From contig CM052817.1 of NCBI GenBank assembly GCA_028534125.1, positions 39,992,001-40,056,000 of the forward strand: a DNA stretch of 64,000 nt, read 5' to 3'. The notes under the pieces are model-generated. The model saw only the letters and a program-made list of their open reading frames with translations. It was not told the DNA's origin and searched no databases. The position numbers and the translations under genes are program-made. Positions 26,713 through 42,200 of the stretch are shown in pieces. The stretch's first letter is position 1, and every line of letters begins with the position of its first letter. The stretch is from Lama glama. Lineage: Eukaryota.

Positions 26713-29700
26713 GATGCCATGAGGCGCTCTGTGTTGTGTCTCCCAGGATCAGAGCTGTAGTCCATCTGTTCTCAATAAAGCCCCTCTTGGAGGGTCACAG
26801 CAGAGCGATGGCCCACTGTCCAGCCCGGGCTGTCAGTTATGGTGGCATAAATTCCATAATACCAGCTGAGTCTTTCTGGGGACTTTGAAAAGATTTCAGA
26901 GCCTAAGTGTGGCTGTTGCGGGTAAAGATAGCCTATTCTTCCAGAGATTCTGATTCAGATCTATGGCGGGATCCAAGAGTCTAAATTTTAAAAAGGACCA
27001 CAAGTATTTCTGATGCACGTTGTCGCCCTGCTGTAGACCACGGCTCTCCCCAGTAGGTACAAACTGAAGGGGCTCTAATGCAACAACTCAGATACGGACC
27101 ACGCTTTCAGTGCTGGGGGTCAAAGTTCAGAGCTGGGTACCCTGTTTCACCCGCTGCTCCCTTCCTCTTCCTCTCCACTTTCTTTTTCTTTTCCATTTCT
27201 TAAGGCTGAATAATGTTCCATAGTATATATATACTACATTTTGCTTATCCATTCATATGTTGTGGGACACTTGGGTTGTTTCCACATTATAATTGTTGTG
27301 AATAATGCTGCTATCAATTTAGGCATCCAAATATCTCTTTGAGACCCTGCTTTTAATTCTTAGAGTATATATCACAAGGGGAATTGGTGGATCATATTGC
27401 AATTCTACTTTTAATTCTTTAAAGAATTGTCACATTATTTTCCACAATGGCTGTATCATTTCACATTCCTACCAAGAGTGCACAAGAGTTCCGATTTCTT
27501 CACATTCTCACCAACACATTTAGCCATTTAGCCATTGGCTAAATCACACCGTTTTCCTTCATTTTCTTTCTCTTTTCTGTATTTCCTGTGTTGACCACAA
27601 GTTGAAAACCTGTTATTACAAAGCTGAAAAACTGAACTCATCTTTACATCATTGTATGTGATCTTTCTTTTAAAGACTAAGCAATAATTTTGAAGTGTAA
27701 AGAGACAAAAAGCATTTGAATTCAGTAATTTATGCATATGGTTGGTTTAAGAAGCCTAATGAGGCCAGAAGGAGTAAAGACAAGTGTCAGGCTCAGGTAT
27801 CTCTTCTGGGCCAAGGGTGATCAAGCCTCTGCCGGGTTCCGAGAGTCTCCAGCCCAACAAATCTGGGGATCCTGAAAAGCCTGTCAGGTATCTTGTTTCC
27901 TGACAACCACCGTGCACGGATTCCCTGGACGTTGCATCCCTGTTGCTTGTGTGCAGAGTGAAGAAACAGCCGAGAGCCAAGTGTTCAGGTGCAGCCAGAC
28001 GGGCTCAGGATGGGAGGGGACCCGGGCAAGCGTCTCTACCAGCAGATTTGAGGCTAGGAGTACATTGGACTCAGATCGCCCCCCAACCCCCGACCCCTGA
28101 CAACCCCAGCATTTTATTGAATTATCAACCAGTCAAGCAAAAGGGCTAGGGTGGGGATTTTGGAGGATGGGGGGAGAGGGGTGGTGGTTAGTTTTTGACT
28201 GGTGACCTTTAAAGCATTAGGGGACGTTTAGCCCCTAGAAGGTGTAGGGTGCCTCTCCATTTGCCTGTCTACCTGGCCTGTAGTTACTGTGCTATTGTGT
28301 TCGGCCAGGGGTTGCCCTTTGCAAGCAAGCAGCTGCTGTTTTTGCTGGCCTGTTCCTCCAGCGAAGCCTTACTTTAGGTTTCCCTTATGATTCTAGTTTC
28401 TAGTTTCGTTTCAGAGCTAGCTAGCCTGCTTGAGCCTTACAGATAAGAGTGAGAGAAAGATAAGAATTTCCTATACAAATGTAGGGAAAAGTTCCAAGTA
28501 TCAATAAAGGATGTAAAATTCTTTGTTTTATATATTATTCCCTAAATATTCAAAAAATGAAGAGCTGCTTAGTATAACATAGTCAAGGTCTTTTGGTTTG
28601 GTTGTTTTGACTCATGGGACACGTTACAAAATATGCTTAGTACCAACCACCTCACCTCTGAATCTTCAGTTGGGCTTAGTTTTGAGTTTTCTTACCTTTT
28701 CACTGGAGTTTCCTAACACCAAAACATCCGATATTCAGAACTGGAGTATTCTTGTTTTTTTTTAAACATCCTTATTGTGGTATGGTGCCTGTACAGTAAA
28801 CTACACATATTTCAGATGTACAATTTGGTGAGTTTTGATAGATGTATACACTCATGAAACCACCACCACAATCAAGATAGCTACCATTTCCATCGCTCCC
28901 CAAGAGGTGCAATTTTCGAATTCCTAATTTATCCCTTCCCACCCTCTTTAGCCCCTGGTAACCATAGGTTTAGAACTGGAGCGTTCTAAGCATGGCCCTT
29001 TTTATCTTCTTAGTTGGGTCTAAGACCCAATGCATTTTACTTTCACTTCAACTCTGAAGATGATACAATCCCTGTACAGTGGAGGGTCTTCATATGTCCT
29101 TCTCTTTCTTTGTTTATTATTAAACTAGACCTGGTACTACCAGAGACTCCACTTTAGGTGTCCAGAATCCACAACCATCATGGAACATTGGTAAGAAGGT
29201 AGGATCAGTAAACACAAAACTGCCAACTAATGCCCAACATGACTCTCATGCCCAACTCTACAGACAGTATCCTTGCCTTCTTTCTCGGGACCTATATCAC
29301 TTGATTGATACCTATGGCCCAGTTTCCATGACCATGATCCTACCTGGTCACACTATCCCTCCCAAGGTCTTGAGTCCTGCCCCACTGAGCCCTAGTCTCC
29401 AGACCCAGGTCTCTGTTTCCTGATGCAGACAGCAGTAGGTGGACTGTTTGGATTTTCAAATTTGGATGTTTGTACCCTAAAAAGTAAATGTCAAAAGAAA
29501 ACAACAAAAAAGAATGGGGAAAAAAAGATCTTTTTGGTAAGACAAAACAAAAAAGAAATTAAAAAAATGGCAAAGCAAAATTCCTACTGAAAAGAGGACA
29601 GTTCCTTCCAACACACTTCAGAGTACAGGACATGTCTATGGATATTTTGAAATGCTGCCTATAAGTTTAATTATTTCTCCATAGTTTACAATGATAAATA

Positions 29701-29779
29701 TTTTGTATTCAAATGCCAAAGTTAGTCATTTCATGGTCAATTTAATTGTGTGTGTGTCCCGGTGGCCTTAATGGCTGTT

Positions 29780-32700
29780 TTTTTTTAATTGAATTATAAT
29801 TGACATACAATATTATATTAGTCTCAGGTATACAACAAAAAGGTTTGATATCCTCATACATTTATAGTAAATGATCACCACTGTAAATCTAGTTACTAAC
29901 TGTCACCATGCAGAGTTATTAAAATATTGACTATATTCTTTATGCTGTATATTGTATCACATGCTTTACTTACTTTACAACTGGAAGTTTGTACCTATTA
30001 ATCCCCTTCACCTATTTCCCCCATTTCCCCCTCCTCCTCCACTCCGGTGGCCATCATTTTGTTCTCTGTATCTATGAGTCTGTTTCTGCTTTGTTTTGTT
30101 TGTTTATTTGTCTTGTTTTTTAGATTCCACATACAAGTGAAATCATACAGAATTTGTCTGTCTCTGTCTGACTTATACCCTCTGGGTCCACCCATGTTGT
30201 CACAAATGGCAAGATTTCATTCTTTTTAATGGCTGTGTAATATTCCATTTATACATATAGAACATCTTCTTTACTCATTTCATCTACGGGTGGACACTTA
30301 AGTTGCTTTCATATCCTGGTTATTGTAAAATAGTGCTTTAGTGAATATAGAATATGTTTCAAATTAGTGTTTGGGGTTTTTTTTGTGTGTGTAAATAGCC
30401 AGAAATAGAACTGCTAGACCATTTGGTAGTTTTATTTTTAGTTTTTTGAGAAATTTCTATAGTTTTCCATGGTGGCTATACCAAGTTACATTTCCACCAA
30501 CTGTACACCAGGACTCCCCTTTTCCCACATCTTCACCAACACTCATTGTTTCCTGTCTTTTTGATAATAGCTATTCTGACAGGTGTGAAGTGATATCTCA
30601 TCATGGTTTTGATTTGGATTTCCCTGATGATTAGTGATGTTGAGCATCTTCTCATGTGCCTGTTGCTCATCTGTATATCTCCTTTGGAAAAAGTCTATTC
30701 AGGTACTCTGCCCATTTTTCAGTCAGGTAGTTTGTTTTCTTTTTTATGTTGAGTTGTAGAAGTTCTTTCTATATTTTGAATATCAACCCCTTATCATATT
30801 ATATCATTTGCCAATGTCTTCTTCCATTCAGTAGGATGCCTTTTCATTTTGTTTATGGTTTTCTTGGCTACGCAAAACCTTTTTAGTTTGATTTGGTCTT
30901 AATTTTTTTTTCTTTTGTTTCCCTTGCCTGAGGGAACAGATTCAAAAAAATATTGCTAAGACAGATGTCAAAGAGATTACTGCTTATGTTTTCTTCCAGG
31001 AGTTTTATGGCTTCAAGTCTTACATGTATGTCTTTAATCCATTTTGAGTTTACTTTTGTATATGGTATTTTAAAAGTGGTCCAATTTCATTGTTTTGCAG
31101 TTTTTCAACCACAAGTTATTGAAGAGGATGTCTTCATCCCATTGTATATTGTTACCTCCTTTGTTGTAGATTAATTGATTGATCATAGTGTGTGGGTTTA
31201 TTTCTGGGCTGTCTATTCTGTTCCATTGATCTCTGTGTCTGTTTTTGTGTCAGTATTACACTCTTTTGATTACAGTGGCTTTGGAATATGGTTTGATGTC
31301 AGGGAATGTGATGCCTCCAGCTTTGTTCTTCATTCTCAAGAGTGCTTTGGCTATTGGGGTCTGTACACATTTTAGCATCATTTGTCTCTGTTCTGTGAAA
31401 AATGCCATTGATATTTTGACAGAAATTGCATTGAATCTGTAGATTGCTTTGTGTAGTATGGTCATTTTAACAATATTAATTCTTTCCATCCATGAGCACA
31501 GTGCATCTTTCCATTTACTTGTGTCATCTTCAATTTCTTTCATCAATGTCTTATATAGTTTTCAGAATTACAGATCTTTGCCTCCTTGGTTAAATTTATT
31601 TCTTGGTATTTTAATCTTTTTGATGCAATTGCAAGTGGGATTGTTTTCCTCATTCCTCTTTCTGATAGTTCATTATTAGTGTTTGAAATGCAACATAGTT
31701 CTGTATATTTATTTTATATGCTGCAAATTTACTGAATTCCTTTATTAGTTCTAATTGTGTTTTATTGGCATCCCTAGGGTTTTCCATATATAGTATCATG
31801 TCATCTACAAGTAGTGACAGTTTTACTTCTTTTCCAATTTGGATGCCTTTTATTTCTGTTTTTCATTTGCCTAATTGTTCTGGTTAGGACTTCCAATACT
31901 AAGTTGAATAAAAGAGATGACAGTGGTAGCCATGTCTTCCTGATCTTAGAGGAGAAGCTTCCAGCTTTTCAACATTGAGTATGTGGGTTCATCAAATATG
32001 GTCTTTATTATATTGAGATACATTCCCTTCATATCCTTTTGTTAAGAGTTTTCATCATAAATGGATGTTGAATTTTGTCAAAAGCTTTTTATATATCTAT
32101 TGAGATGATAAGACGATTTTATCCTTTGTTTTGTCAGTGTGGTGTATCACACTGATAGAATCATGAATGTTAAACCATCTTTGCATCCCTGGAATGAATC
32201 CCACTAGATCATGGTGTATGATCTTTTTAATGTATATTAAATTAGTTTGCTAATATTTTCTTGAGATTTTTTTCATTTATGTTCATCAGGAATATTGGAC
32301 TATAATTTTCCTTTTGTAATGCTTTTGTCTCGTTTTGTTATCAGGGCCTTTTAAAATGAGTTTAGAAGTATTCCTTCCTCTTCAATTTTTTGGAATAATT
32401 TGAAAAGGATAGGTATTAAGTTTTCTTTAAAGGTGTGGTATAATTCACCTGTGAAGCCAGCTGGACCTGGACTTTTGTTTATTGGGAGTTTTTTGATTCC
32501 TGATTCAATTTCATTAGTAGTAATTAGACTATTCAGATTTTCTATTTCTTCAAAATTCAGTCTTAGAATACTGTATATTTCTAGGAACTTACCCATTTTT
32601 TTTTTAGGTTGTCTAATTTGTAGGCATATAATTGTTCCTAGTATTCTCTTATGATCCTTTGTATTTCTCTGGTATTGGTTGTAATTTCTCCTCTTTCATT

Positions 32701-33290
32701 TCTGATTTTATTTATTTGAGCTCTCTTCTTTTCTTGATAAGTCTGGCTAAAGGTCATCAATTTTGTTTATCCTTTCAAAGAACCAGCTCTTAGTTTCATT
32801 GATTTTTTTTCTTTTTTTAAAGTCTTTATTTTGTTTATTTCCACTCTGATATTTATTTTTTTCATTTTTTATTTTTTAAACATTTTTTATTGATTCATAA
32901 TCATTTTACAGTGTTGTGTCAAATTCCAGTGTTCAGCACAATTTTTCAGTCATTCATGGACATATACACACTCATTGTCACATTTTTTTTTCTGTGAGTT
33001 ATCATAACATTTTGTGTATATTTCCCTGTGCTATACAGTGTAATCTTGTTTATCTACTCTACAATTTTGAAATCCCAGTCTATTTCCACTCTGATATTTA
33101 TTATTTCCTTCCTTCTATAACTTTGGGCTTTATTCTTCTTTTTCTAGTTCCTTTCAGTGTAAAGTTAGATTATGTACTTGAGGTTTCTCTTGTTTCCTGA
33201 GATAAGCCTGTCACACTATGAACTTCCCTCTTGGACTTGCTTTTGCTGAGTCCCATAGATTTGGCAAAGTTATGTTTCCCTTTTCATTTC
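29780..33290 (-). mobile_element. Older, decayed LINE-1 (ORF2 portion + 3'UTR)
   Basis: Minus-strand ORF2-like peptides ([36 protein letters not shown]) and an L1 3'UTR ending in a T-run near 29780. Boundaries are approximate. Confidence 0.88.
32858..33080 (-). mobile_element. Short young L1 3' end nested inside the older L1
   Basis: Reverse complement matches ~24760-24970; flanked by the direct repeat tatttccactctgatatttatt (32836-32857 and 33081-33102). Confidence 0.9.
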
Positions 33291-36200
33291 AGCTTACTTT
33301 CTATTAAGTATTTCAGAGCTGCAATCAACTACGGTCTTGGTAGTTTTTATTATTTTTTCCTCAAATGGATATTTCTACCTGTTACATATTTTGTCATGTA
33401 TTAAAGTCCTGAAATTGAAATTAAGAAGAGTAATCAGACAGAAAAACCTAAATTCTCAGAAAGGAAAAAAAGTGAGAAGGAGAAGAAGCAAGGGTGGGAG
33501 GCAGGGAGAGGGCGTAGGGAGAGGGGAAGGCTTAAGTGGAATAGATCGCACAGTTTGGTTGCGGACATGCTGAGTCTGAGATGCCCGTGACCCTCAAGTG
33601 TCGATATTTAGCCGGCATTTGAAGTCATGAGCTCAACAGGATGGTCTGGGCTGGAGACACAGGCTTGGAAATCACCAGCATGCAGCTGATAGTTAAGACT
33701 GGGAGGATGCGGTTGCCCAGAAGGAGTGCAGAGAGTGCAGAGAGCAGGGCTAACGGTCACAGCCCACGGTGGCATCAGTATTTGGGGCTGGCAGAGGGAG
33801 GGCAGACCACAGAGAAAGCCGAGACTAAGTGTCCTTGCCAGTTGTGCAAGCTTCAGCAGATCCCTTGGCTTTTCTGAGCCCCAAATTCCTCACCTCTGAA
33901 ATAGAATTAAGACTTTTCCACTACTCACTAGATTTCAAGGTTTAAAAGAAATAATTCACTGGTATAGGAACAGGATTTGTCAACTACAACGCGTAATACA
34001 CATAAGCATCAATAATTTCTCGGGTCCGAAAGGTCACCTGAGTTTGGTCACGTACCACTGTGCATGGGAAAGAAACATGCTCCGTAATGTCAGTTCTTAT
34101 AAAACACATTACAGAAAGCCTCTGTGAGCATTGACCTTATCCACTTGCCAAGAGAGGAAAGTAGACAACACAACATAGCCACATCTGTGGGCCAAAGATC
34201 TGTTTATCATCTGGAATAAAAATAAGCAACAAGCAATATCTTCAGGAAGCAGTGAACCTTGGTAGCATGATGACTTTGCCTGCAAAGCAATCTGTTGGAT
34301 TGTCTCCTTTGTGGGTTTCAAGAATTTTTGGCCAGTAATAGTGAAGGAATTAAAATTGTGAAAGCTCTCCGAGTGAGGGCTGAACATCTGCTTGTGGAAG
34401 ACAATCCAGATTGCTGCTTTCGTCACCAAGCCACAACCCGCAGAGAGGATCCAGCGGCAGAATCTCACGCCTTGGAGCTGGGGACATGGCTGTTGGGTGA
34501 CCATGTGACTTCAGAACAAACACTAAATGCGGCAGTACCTGATTTCAAAGCCATACAATATATATTATAAGCTTAAGGATGAGCAAAGACATTTATAATA
34601 TTGTCATTCAATGGCATGTCGTTGCTTTCAGAAATAAGCCTCAATACAAGACTGTTTAATGGAGAAAAATAAAAGCAGACCCCCAGCCATCCTATGCTTC
34701 TTATTGAGACTTTTCTCCCATCTTCTCTCCTCCCTCAGACTCAGAAACCTCCAAAATTTATTCTCCTCTCTCCCTCTTCCTCACGGCAGCTCATGACAAA
34801 CATCTCCCAGTGAACTCCCTCCCCTGCCCACCAAGTCTCCCAAACCACCACCAGGGGAAACATTTCTAGACTAGGAAGTAGTACATTTACTACCCTAACC
34901 TGATGTATCTGCCTTTGGACACCTTCATCAAAGCCCAGATGTTCTTGGAGACAGTGGGGGAGAGACAGGGAATGGGGACAGTTGGGGGGGGGGGTCTTAT
35001 ACTTGTATGACCAAGAATATTCACTTCATTGTTCGTCTTTTAGTTTTCATTGATTAAAACAAAACAGAGATGTGTTCATCTGAGACCCAGGGGCTGATGG
35101 GTCTCCAGTTTTAAATTTGAAGAACAGAAACCAATACACTTTCCTCAGAATGATACTCCTTTTGTGTTCCTTTAGCCCCTAGTCCAGCATTATCCCAGTT
35201 GGCCCACTTCCCGGAGACAGTGCACAGCAAAGCTCTCAGTCCGGCCCAGAGCAGTCCAGGGACGGCTGGTGTGGGCAGCGCTGCTTGTTTGGTGCGTTCA
35301 GGTTCTGCTATGGCCGTCAAGTTACTTACATTTAAAACAGAACTAGTTTTCTGCTTCTGATCCCTCTGGACTCACCTGGCTAAAGATAGACTTTTAAAAC
35401 ATCTGATGATCCTTTCAAACCAAGGAACTACATTTTCCACCCCTAAAACTGAAAACAAAATTCTCTCTCCCAGAACAAAAGAAGAATCTTCCCCAAAATC
35501 TGCAATTTTCACTGAGAGCAAAAACACACATTTCTGGCAGCTCAAGGGTAGCCACTTTTTAAGGTTTCCAGCCATCAAACACATTTAGGTCCAACGTCTG
35601 AGAGGCACAATCAAGAAAAGATAAATGCGAATGAATCAGGCTGGGGGACTTGAAGAAAAGGAAGAAATTTAGGATAGTGTGCTTTCAGCTTGAGCAGCCA
35701 GGTGGAGGGGAGGGCCACTAAGCCAAATGGGGAAGTCTGGAGTGGGGTGGGAGGAGAGGTTTTGAGAAAACTGAAAGCTCTCTTTGGACTCGTCAAGTTT
35801 GAGATGTCTATGCAGCATCCAAAGGAACAAGTCAGGAAAGCAAACATCAAGAGGTTGTCGGTCAAAGGAGAGACCCAGTGAGGAATCGCAAATTTCGGAC
35901 TTGATGGCACTACACTGGTGCTTGAATCGATGGCAGTGAATGAGAGGAGCTAGGAAGGGCAGAGACAGAAGAAAGAGGGTCTAGGGCCAGGCCTGAGGAA
36001 CTCCAAGATTTGGACATTAGTTAGAAAATGAAACATAAACAAAATTCAGAAGGAGCAGCTTGTGTGGAGGGGAGAGTGAAACCAAGGGAGATAGAAGAGG
36101 ATAGTATTTCAAAAGTGAGAGACCAAATTATATGCAGACACTTGAACTGTGCTGCTGGAATGGAACTGAAGACCTTTTGGAGAGCTTCTCCCATTTTGCA

Positions 36201-39200
36201 GTGTGTGTGCGGGGGGATGGGGGACAGCAGCAAATGATTTCTCCGGGGGATGACTATGAAAGGGTAACTATCTTGGGGGAATAAAACGGTCTGATTATTC
36301 CTTTCCACATTTAGAGTGTGATCAAGTCCAGAAAAATGAATGAGTGGAAAGGGTGGCTCCGAGAGGGGCAAGGAGAAGGTTAGACACCAGTCAATTTCCC
36401 TTTTTTTGAGTTCCTCTAAATCCCAAAAATCAACCCAGTTTAATCGTGTGGCTCACTAAACAGTCAGGTCCCAAGGGCTGTCTCTGTCCTGAATAATCAC
36501 ATGCAGGAAACTGATCGCTTAGTTTTCCGGATTTCCTTAGAAATAAGCCATCTTTCTGGTGTTCTGCAGGAAATGGCTGTCATCTCATCCTTGGGTCAGT
36601 TTTTTAGGACATGCTGACTTGCAGCACATTCTCACACTTCCAGCCAGGACCCTCGGTTCATGGCAGGATGGGAGGTGGGGGATAGAGGGAGGCAGGCTCT
36701 GTCCACTTTTCTCGGCGTGGTGAACTGAAGTCTCACAGAACAGGCTGGCATGTAGACCCCCTGAGACAGACCACGTCATCTTCATTTCTTCACCCGCTTC
36801 AGAGCTTGGCAGAGAGTGTTGCCATAGGAAGCACTCCACAAATAGTTCATTCAGTAAGTATTTAGTCAGTGCTACTATGTGCCTCTCTGAGCCTCGGTTT
36901 ATGAACTTATAAAATGGGCATCATAAGAGTACCTACCCCATAGGGTTGATGTAAAGATAAAATGAAATAACATGGACTGAAAGTAATTAGAAGAGTCCTT
37001 GACACACAGTAAGTGCCCAAGAACAGTTGATTACCTTTGTTATCATGGTTGTCATTTGCCAAGCATCATCCGCAGCTCTGAATAGAAGGTGGTTAAAAAA
37101 AAAAAAAAAGACTATCATCGTAGAGCTAGAATTCAAAAGCTGTTGTTGAACAAATAAATTACTTTCACCAACAATTTCCGCAAAGGAGTGTTTTCCTTTG
37201 TACTTTCACTGAGTGTCTCTACTCACTCCCTGTAAGCTCCCCCATCTCTAGTCATTAAAGAAACACTGAAGAATCAGGATATTCTTATGAGACTCGCAGG
37301 TGAGTCATTTCCCCGGAGTGGAAGCATTTGCTTTGGGAGCTCGGCAAGAGTCTGGCCACTTTGTGAAACTGGAGGGGACACTGCAGCAGTGATGACCTTC
37401 ACTCAGCCAACATCTCCTGAGTGTGCTCTGTGTGGCCCTGGGGACACAAGGATGGACACCGGGACATGGCATCTGCCCTCCAGAGCTCAGAGGAGGGGCG
37501 CAGCCTGGTCATCCCTGCCTCGGCCTAAGCTGTCCGCACTGCCAGAATTCAAACATGTTTTCTACTATGGGATGAAGATGCGCTGCCTGTAGTCAGCTTG
37601 CATGAAGACTGAAGAAATACTGATTCCCACACCTCACCCTGTGTGAAAAAACTCAGAGGGAGGGAGGGGGTGGGAGCCTGTGCTGCTAACACAATCACTG
37701 GTGACTGCAAGACACACCAGAGTTTGAACATTGCTGCTTATGGGTTAGCGGAAGCTTGATTCTGATCTATGGTCAGTTTCATATTACTTACAGGCTTTAA
37801 TATCCTGGATTTGTTCCAATTTCTGAGCTCACAAGCCTTGTATGAATTATCAGGGTGTTAGTTGTGTTTATACCAACTACTCTGCTTTTGGCTTTCCAAA
37901 GCATTTTCCTAGATGATCATTTTTAGATGTTACTTCATTCATCAACACCCAAATAAAAAGTGCTCCACTTTAATTTTTTGCAAATAATAAAGATTAAGAT
38001 GTTCGCCATTATTCCAATTTCTCATGTCTTTCTACAAAAAGAAAAAATCCTCATAAACAGCTTTGTACATTGTATTAGTCACCTACTCACGCATAATAAA
38101 TTTCCCTACACTTAGTGGCTTAAAACAACAATGATTATGTATTGGGTCTCATGGTTTCTATGAATCAGGAATTCAGTTGGAATCAATGGAGACAGCTTGC
38201 CTTTGCTCCATCATATCTGATCCTTGTTTGAAAGACTCAAAGGCTAGGATCTGGGACCACCTGAAGTTCATTCATTCACATGTCTGGTGGTTGATGCTGG
38301 TTTGTTGGCTGAGGGCTTTGCTGGGACTGTTGGCCAAAACATCCACATGTAGCCTCTCCATATAGATTGGTCTTCATTCAAATACGGTAGTGGGTTCCAA
38401 GGACAAGCATGGAGGGTAGGGAGATCCTTTGTATGACTGAGCTTTAAAGTCATATGGCATCACTTGGGCTGCTGGTCCACTGGTCAGGCAGTCAAAAACC
38501 TCCACCCAGATTCAAAGAAAGGGAACACAGACATGTGGGAATATCAGTCACAATGTAAGAAGAGTAGGTGAGGTGGGATAAGGGCGGCCATCTTCAGAAA
38601 ATGCAATCAGCTATATGCATGTAATTGGTAATTGGAATTTGTAATAAGATACTCCCAGCACACGCCAATAAAATTATCCTTGAGCATGGACACATAATTA
38701 ATGAGGTTAGTAATCTAGAAATACACGACTGAGACTAGCTTAGATTGCACCTAAGTTAAGCCCCTCCCGGTGTGATATCAGAGCATCCTGTACTTACCAC
38801 ATGGAGCTGAAATTGCCCTGATGTCTGTCTCCCCTGAGAGTGACCCAAAGTCAGGGATTGTGTCTTGTTCACCTTTGGATTCTCAGGCTCTGTGCTGTCC
38901 AGCTATATGCCTTGCGCTGATCATCCCAAGAGCGCTGGGCGACCCAAGAAGCTGACCAAGCACATGCCCAGGGTCCCAGCAAAGCAAGGACACAGAGAGA
39001 GAAGAGAGACAACGAGGTGCTTCTTATCGTTTATCTAGGATTTGGCAAATTAAAAACGCATTTGAATTTCAGTTCATGTAAATGACATGTCATTTCAAAA
39101 AATAAACATTTATTTTCTCAGAGCATAAGAGCTTGCAAGATTCTGCCCACAACTCCTTTTCTGCTGTTGAACTCTTCACCATGGTACAGTTACCACCACG

Positions 39201-42200
39201 CCTGTTCATCCCCACAGGTGAGATGAATGTGGAGAGATGCCACTCTCAGTACTGTTCTGTCCCTTTGTTCCATTCTACCATCACAGACATGGAATTATAA
39301 GTGTATTACGCTTTTCTAAAACACTGGCAGCTACTGGAATTACAATGGACAGGAGTTAAAAAAAGAAATTATTAAAATGTGTATATAAAATTTTATTCTG
39401 TATGATACTACAGTGGTGGCTACATGTCATTATGCATTTGCCAAAACCCATAGAATGTACAACATCAAGAATGTACAACCCCTAATGTAAACCATGGACT
39501 TTGGTTGATAATAATGTGCCCTTATTGGTTCATCAGTTGTACCAAGTGTGCCACACTGGCGAGGGATGTTGAGGGTAGGGGAGTATCTATGTGTGGGTGG
39601 GGAGGGCTATGTGTGAACTCTGTATTTTCTGCTCAATTCTGTTGTGAACCTGAAACTGCTCTAAAAGAATAAAGTCTATTTAGAAAAGAAAAAGGAAGAA
39701 TAAAATCTATAACTCAAGGTACATTAAATACTTTGAAAAAAAACAGTTGTGCATATGTGGGTTTATTGTGTATGTTAGATTTTTTTGGAAACAAGAAATC
39801 TTCAGAATAAGTTAATAAAAGAAAACAAGGCCCAGAAGAGCATATAGTTATTGTGTGTAAGAAAAAAAACAATATTGGTGGAGATAGATTAGGAGTTTGA
39901 TATTAACAGATATACATTACTATACATAAAATAGAGAAACAACAAAGACTTACCGCACAGGGAACTATATTCAATTTCTTGTAATGAGCTGTAATGGAAA
40001 AGAATATATATATATGTGTGTGCGTGTATGTATGAATCGCTTTGCTGTACACCTGAAACTAACATTGTAAATTGACTACACTTCAACTAAAAATTAAAAA
40101 ATTTTTTAAAGAAAGAAAAAAAACAATATCTAGATGGACATCCTTGTAATAAATCTACTATTGCTGAAAGATACAAAAGAAACTGGCATCCATAAAAGCT
40201 TCATACAGGGGGACGGTGTAACTGGGGGACCAGAGAGGGAAGGAGACTTACTTTTCACTGCATACTCTTTTATGGCTTTTGAATTTTGTACATTTACCTA
40301 TATTATTCTTTCCAAGTAAATGGCACAATATTTAGAGAGAAAATTAATGAAAGTGATCAGTAAGTAAGAGAAAAAAAATAGAATTCACTTAACCAGCAGA
40401 ACCAAACAAGGCTTTGTCAGCAAGAAAATCATGCCTGGGTCAGCAAGACAGAGGAAATACTGGACAGTATGACATTCTTGAGATGAGAAACAAAACAGAG
40501 GTCCTGAGGGTGAGAGGAATTTAGGAGGAATCTGTGCAGAGGTCATATAATAAAACCACATGGAGGAGGTTTTCTAGTGGGAGGATGTTGTATCAGCAGA
40601 AAGAAAAACAGTTTGAAGAGCTGACGGTAGCAGGGTTGACATGACCATGATCTGGGTCCGGGAAAGCTTCCCAAAGAAACTGACAATTGAGCTGAAATCT
40701 AGAAGACAAATAGGACTTAACTAGCCAAGAGGGACAGAGCAGTGTAGGCAGTGGGTGAAAGAGTGTGTGCAAAGGCTCTGTGGAGGGAGTGCACAGACTC
40801 AATTCTCCCCCAGTGCCACACACACAGCTAACCCACTGCCACCAGTTTATCCCGATTTAGCAATCAGAATGTTCAATTCTCCCTTTGTCTGAGAGAAACC
40901 CTCCTCCATAAGGCTAAACTAGTGGAAGGGGGGCAATCTGTGTATCAGGGGTAAGATATTTGATGTAAATTGCATGAAGCCTGCGATTTTCTGTCTTGTT
41001 CACTGGTACATTTAAGATTATTACCTCCATCTTACCCGAAACTGAAGCACAGATAAGAGAATCAACTTGTCTCTCCAAGATTGCACAGTGAGTGACTAAG
41101 CAGTATTTTTGGGTGCTTATTCAGGTATGCAGGTATGGCTTCATCCAGGCTCCGGCTCCAAGTCCCTTGGTTACACTCAATCCTCCCCCACTGATTTTCT
41201 CTCTGCATCTCAGAAAAACTGGAGAAGCTTTGGGCTGAAAAGCCAACAAACGAGCATTTAAGAATCATTCCTGGAGACTTTAAGTTAAAACCCTGGAAAA
41301 ACAGTCATCAGCAGAAAGGAGAGAGTTCAATGAATTCCTAGAAGACGTAAAGTAAGTGGAGAAATAGTAGTTGAAGAACAAACAGAGGAAGCTGTGGTCT
41401 AGAATACTTGTAGAGGAGGCCAAAAGGAAGTGGGAGTTTTATCTTTCCTATAAGAATCCCAGTTACTGTTTCAGAAATAATGAAAACAATGGAAGATGGA
41501 ATTAAGACATGCATTGGCACCAGAAACAATAACTGAATGAAATAATATAAGAGATTTTCCTAGCACTGAAGGATATGTCTTTGGGATGAAAGGACCGACA
41601 AAGGACTCAGCACAATGAAAGGAGGAAACATAAGCATAAAAACGAAAATGCTAAAAGCTTCCAAAAACATATTGCTTCCAAAAGAATAAAAATTAAATTG
41701 ACTTCTCAGTCACATCTGATGGTAAAAGACCATGGAGCAATGCCTTCAAAATTCCCAAGGAAATTTATAGACAAGGGTGCACGTAACATACAAACATGGC
41801 TTAAAAATAATAGTAAAATGAACACCCATGAACCCAACACTCTGCTAAAGATATTTCACATCACTAGTGCCTGTGATGCCTGAGGGCCCCGCCCTGATCC
41901 TGCTCCCCTTTTCCCAACTTTGCGCTAACCATTTCTTTGATTTCCTTTACAGTTTCACCACATATGCATGTACTGCTGACCTATAAAATTTTGGTTTGGA
42001 AATATGTATTAAAAAACATATATTCATTATATGAAATTTCTATAAGTATCTTCCCATCACATGCATTCCTCTGACTAGCCTTTTCCACTTGTGTTTTTGA
42101 GCTCACCCGTATTGGTGCAGACAGCTGGACCAGCTGAACGTCAGGGTTCATGCATTTTCACTGCATTCTAGTATTATTTGTCTGATGGTAATACAGTGAC

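Noticed and set aside
28392..28413. ISRE-like repeat (agtttctagtttcgtttc)
   Set aside because: GAAA half-site spacing is 1 and 3 nt rather than the canonical 2.
34109..34570. Overlapping 131-aa and 91-aa ORFs as a possible pseudogene or exon
   Set aside because: No recognisable homology and no convincing splice-site pair.
35372..35584. Possible minus-strand exon ending in CAG|GTGAGT near 35375
   Set aside because: The donor is good, but I found no clear acceptor or recognisable peptide; it cannot be supported without transcript data.
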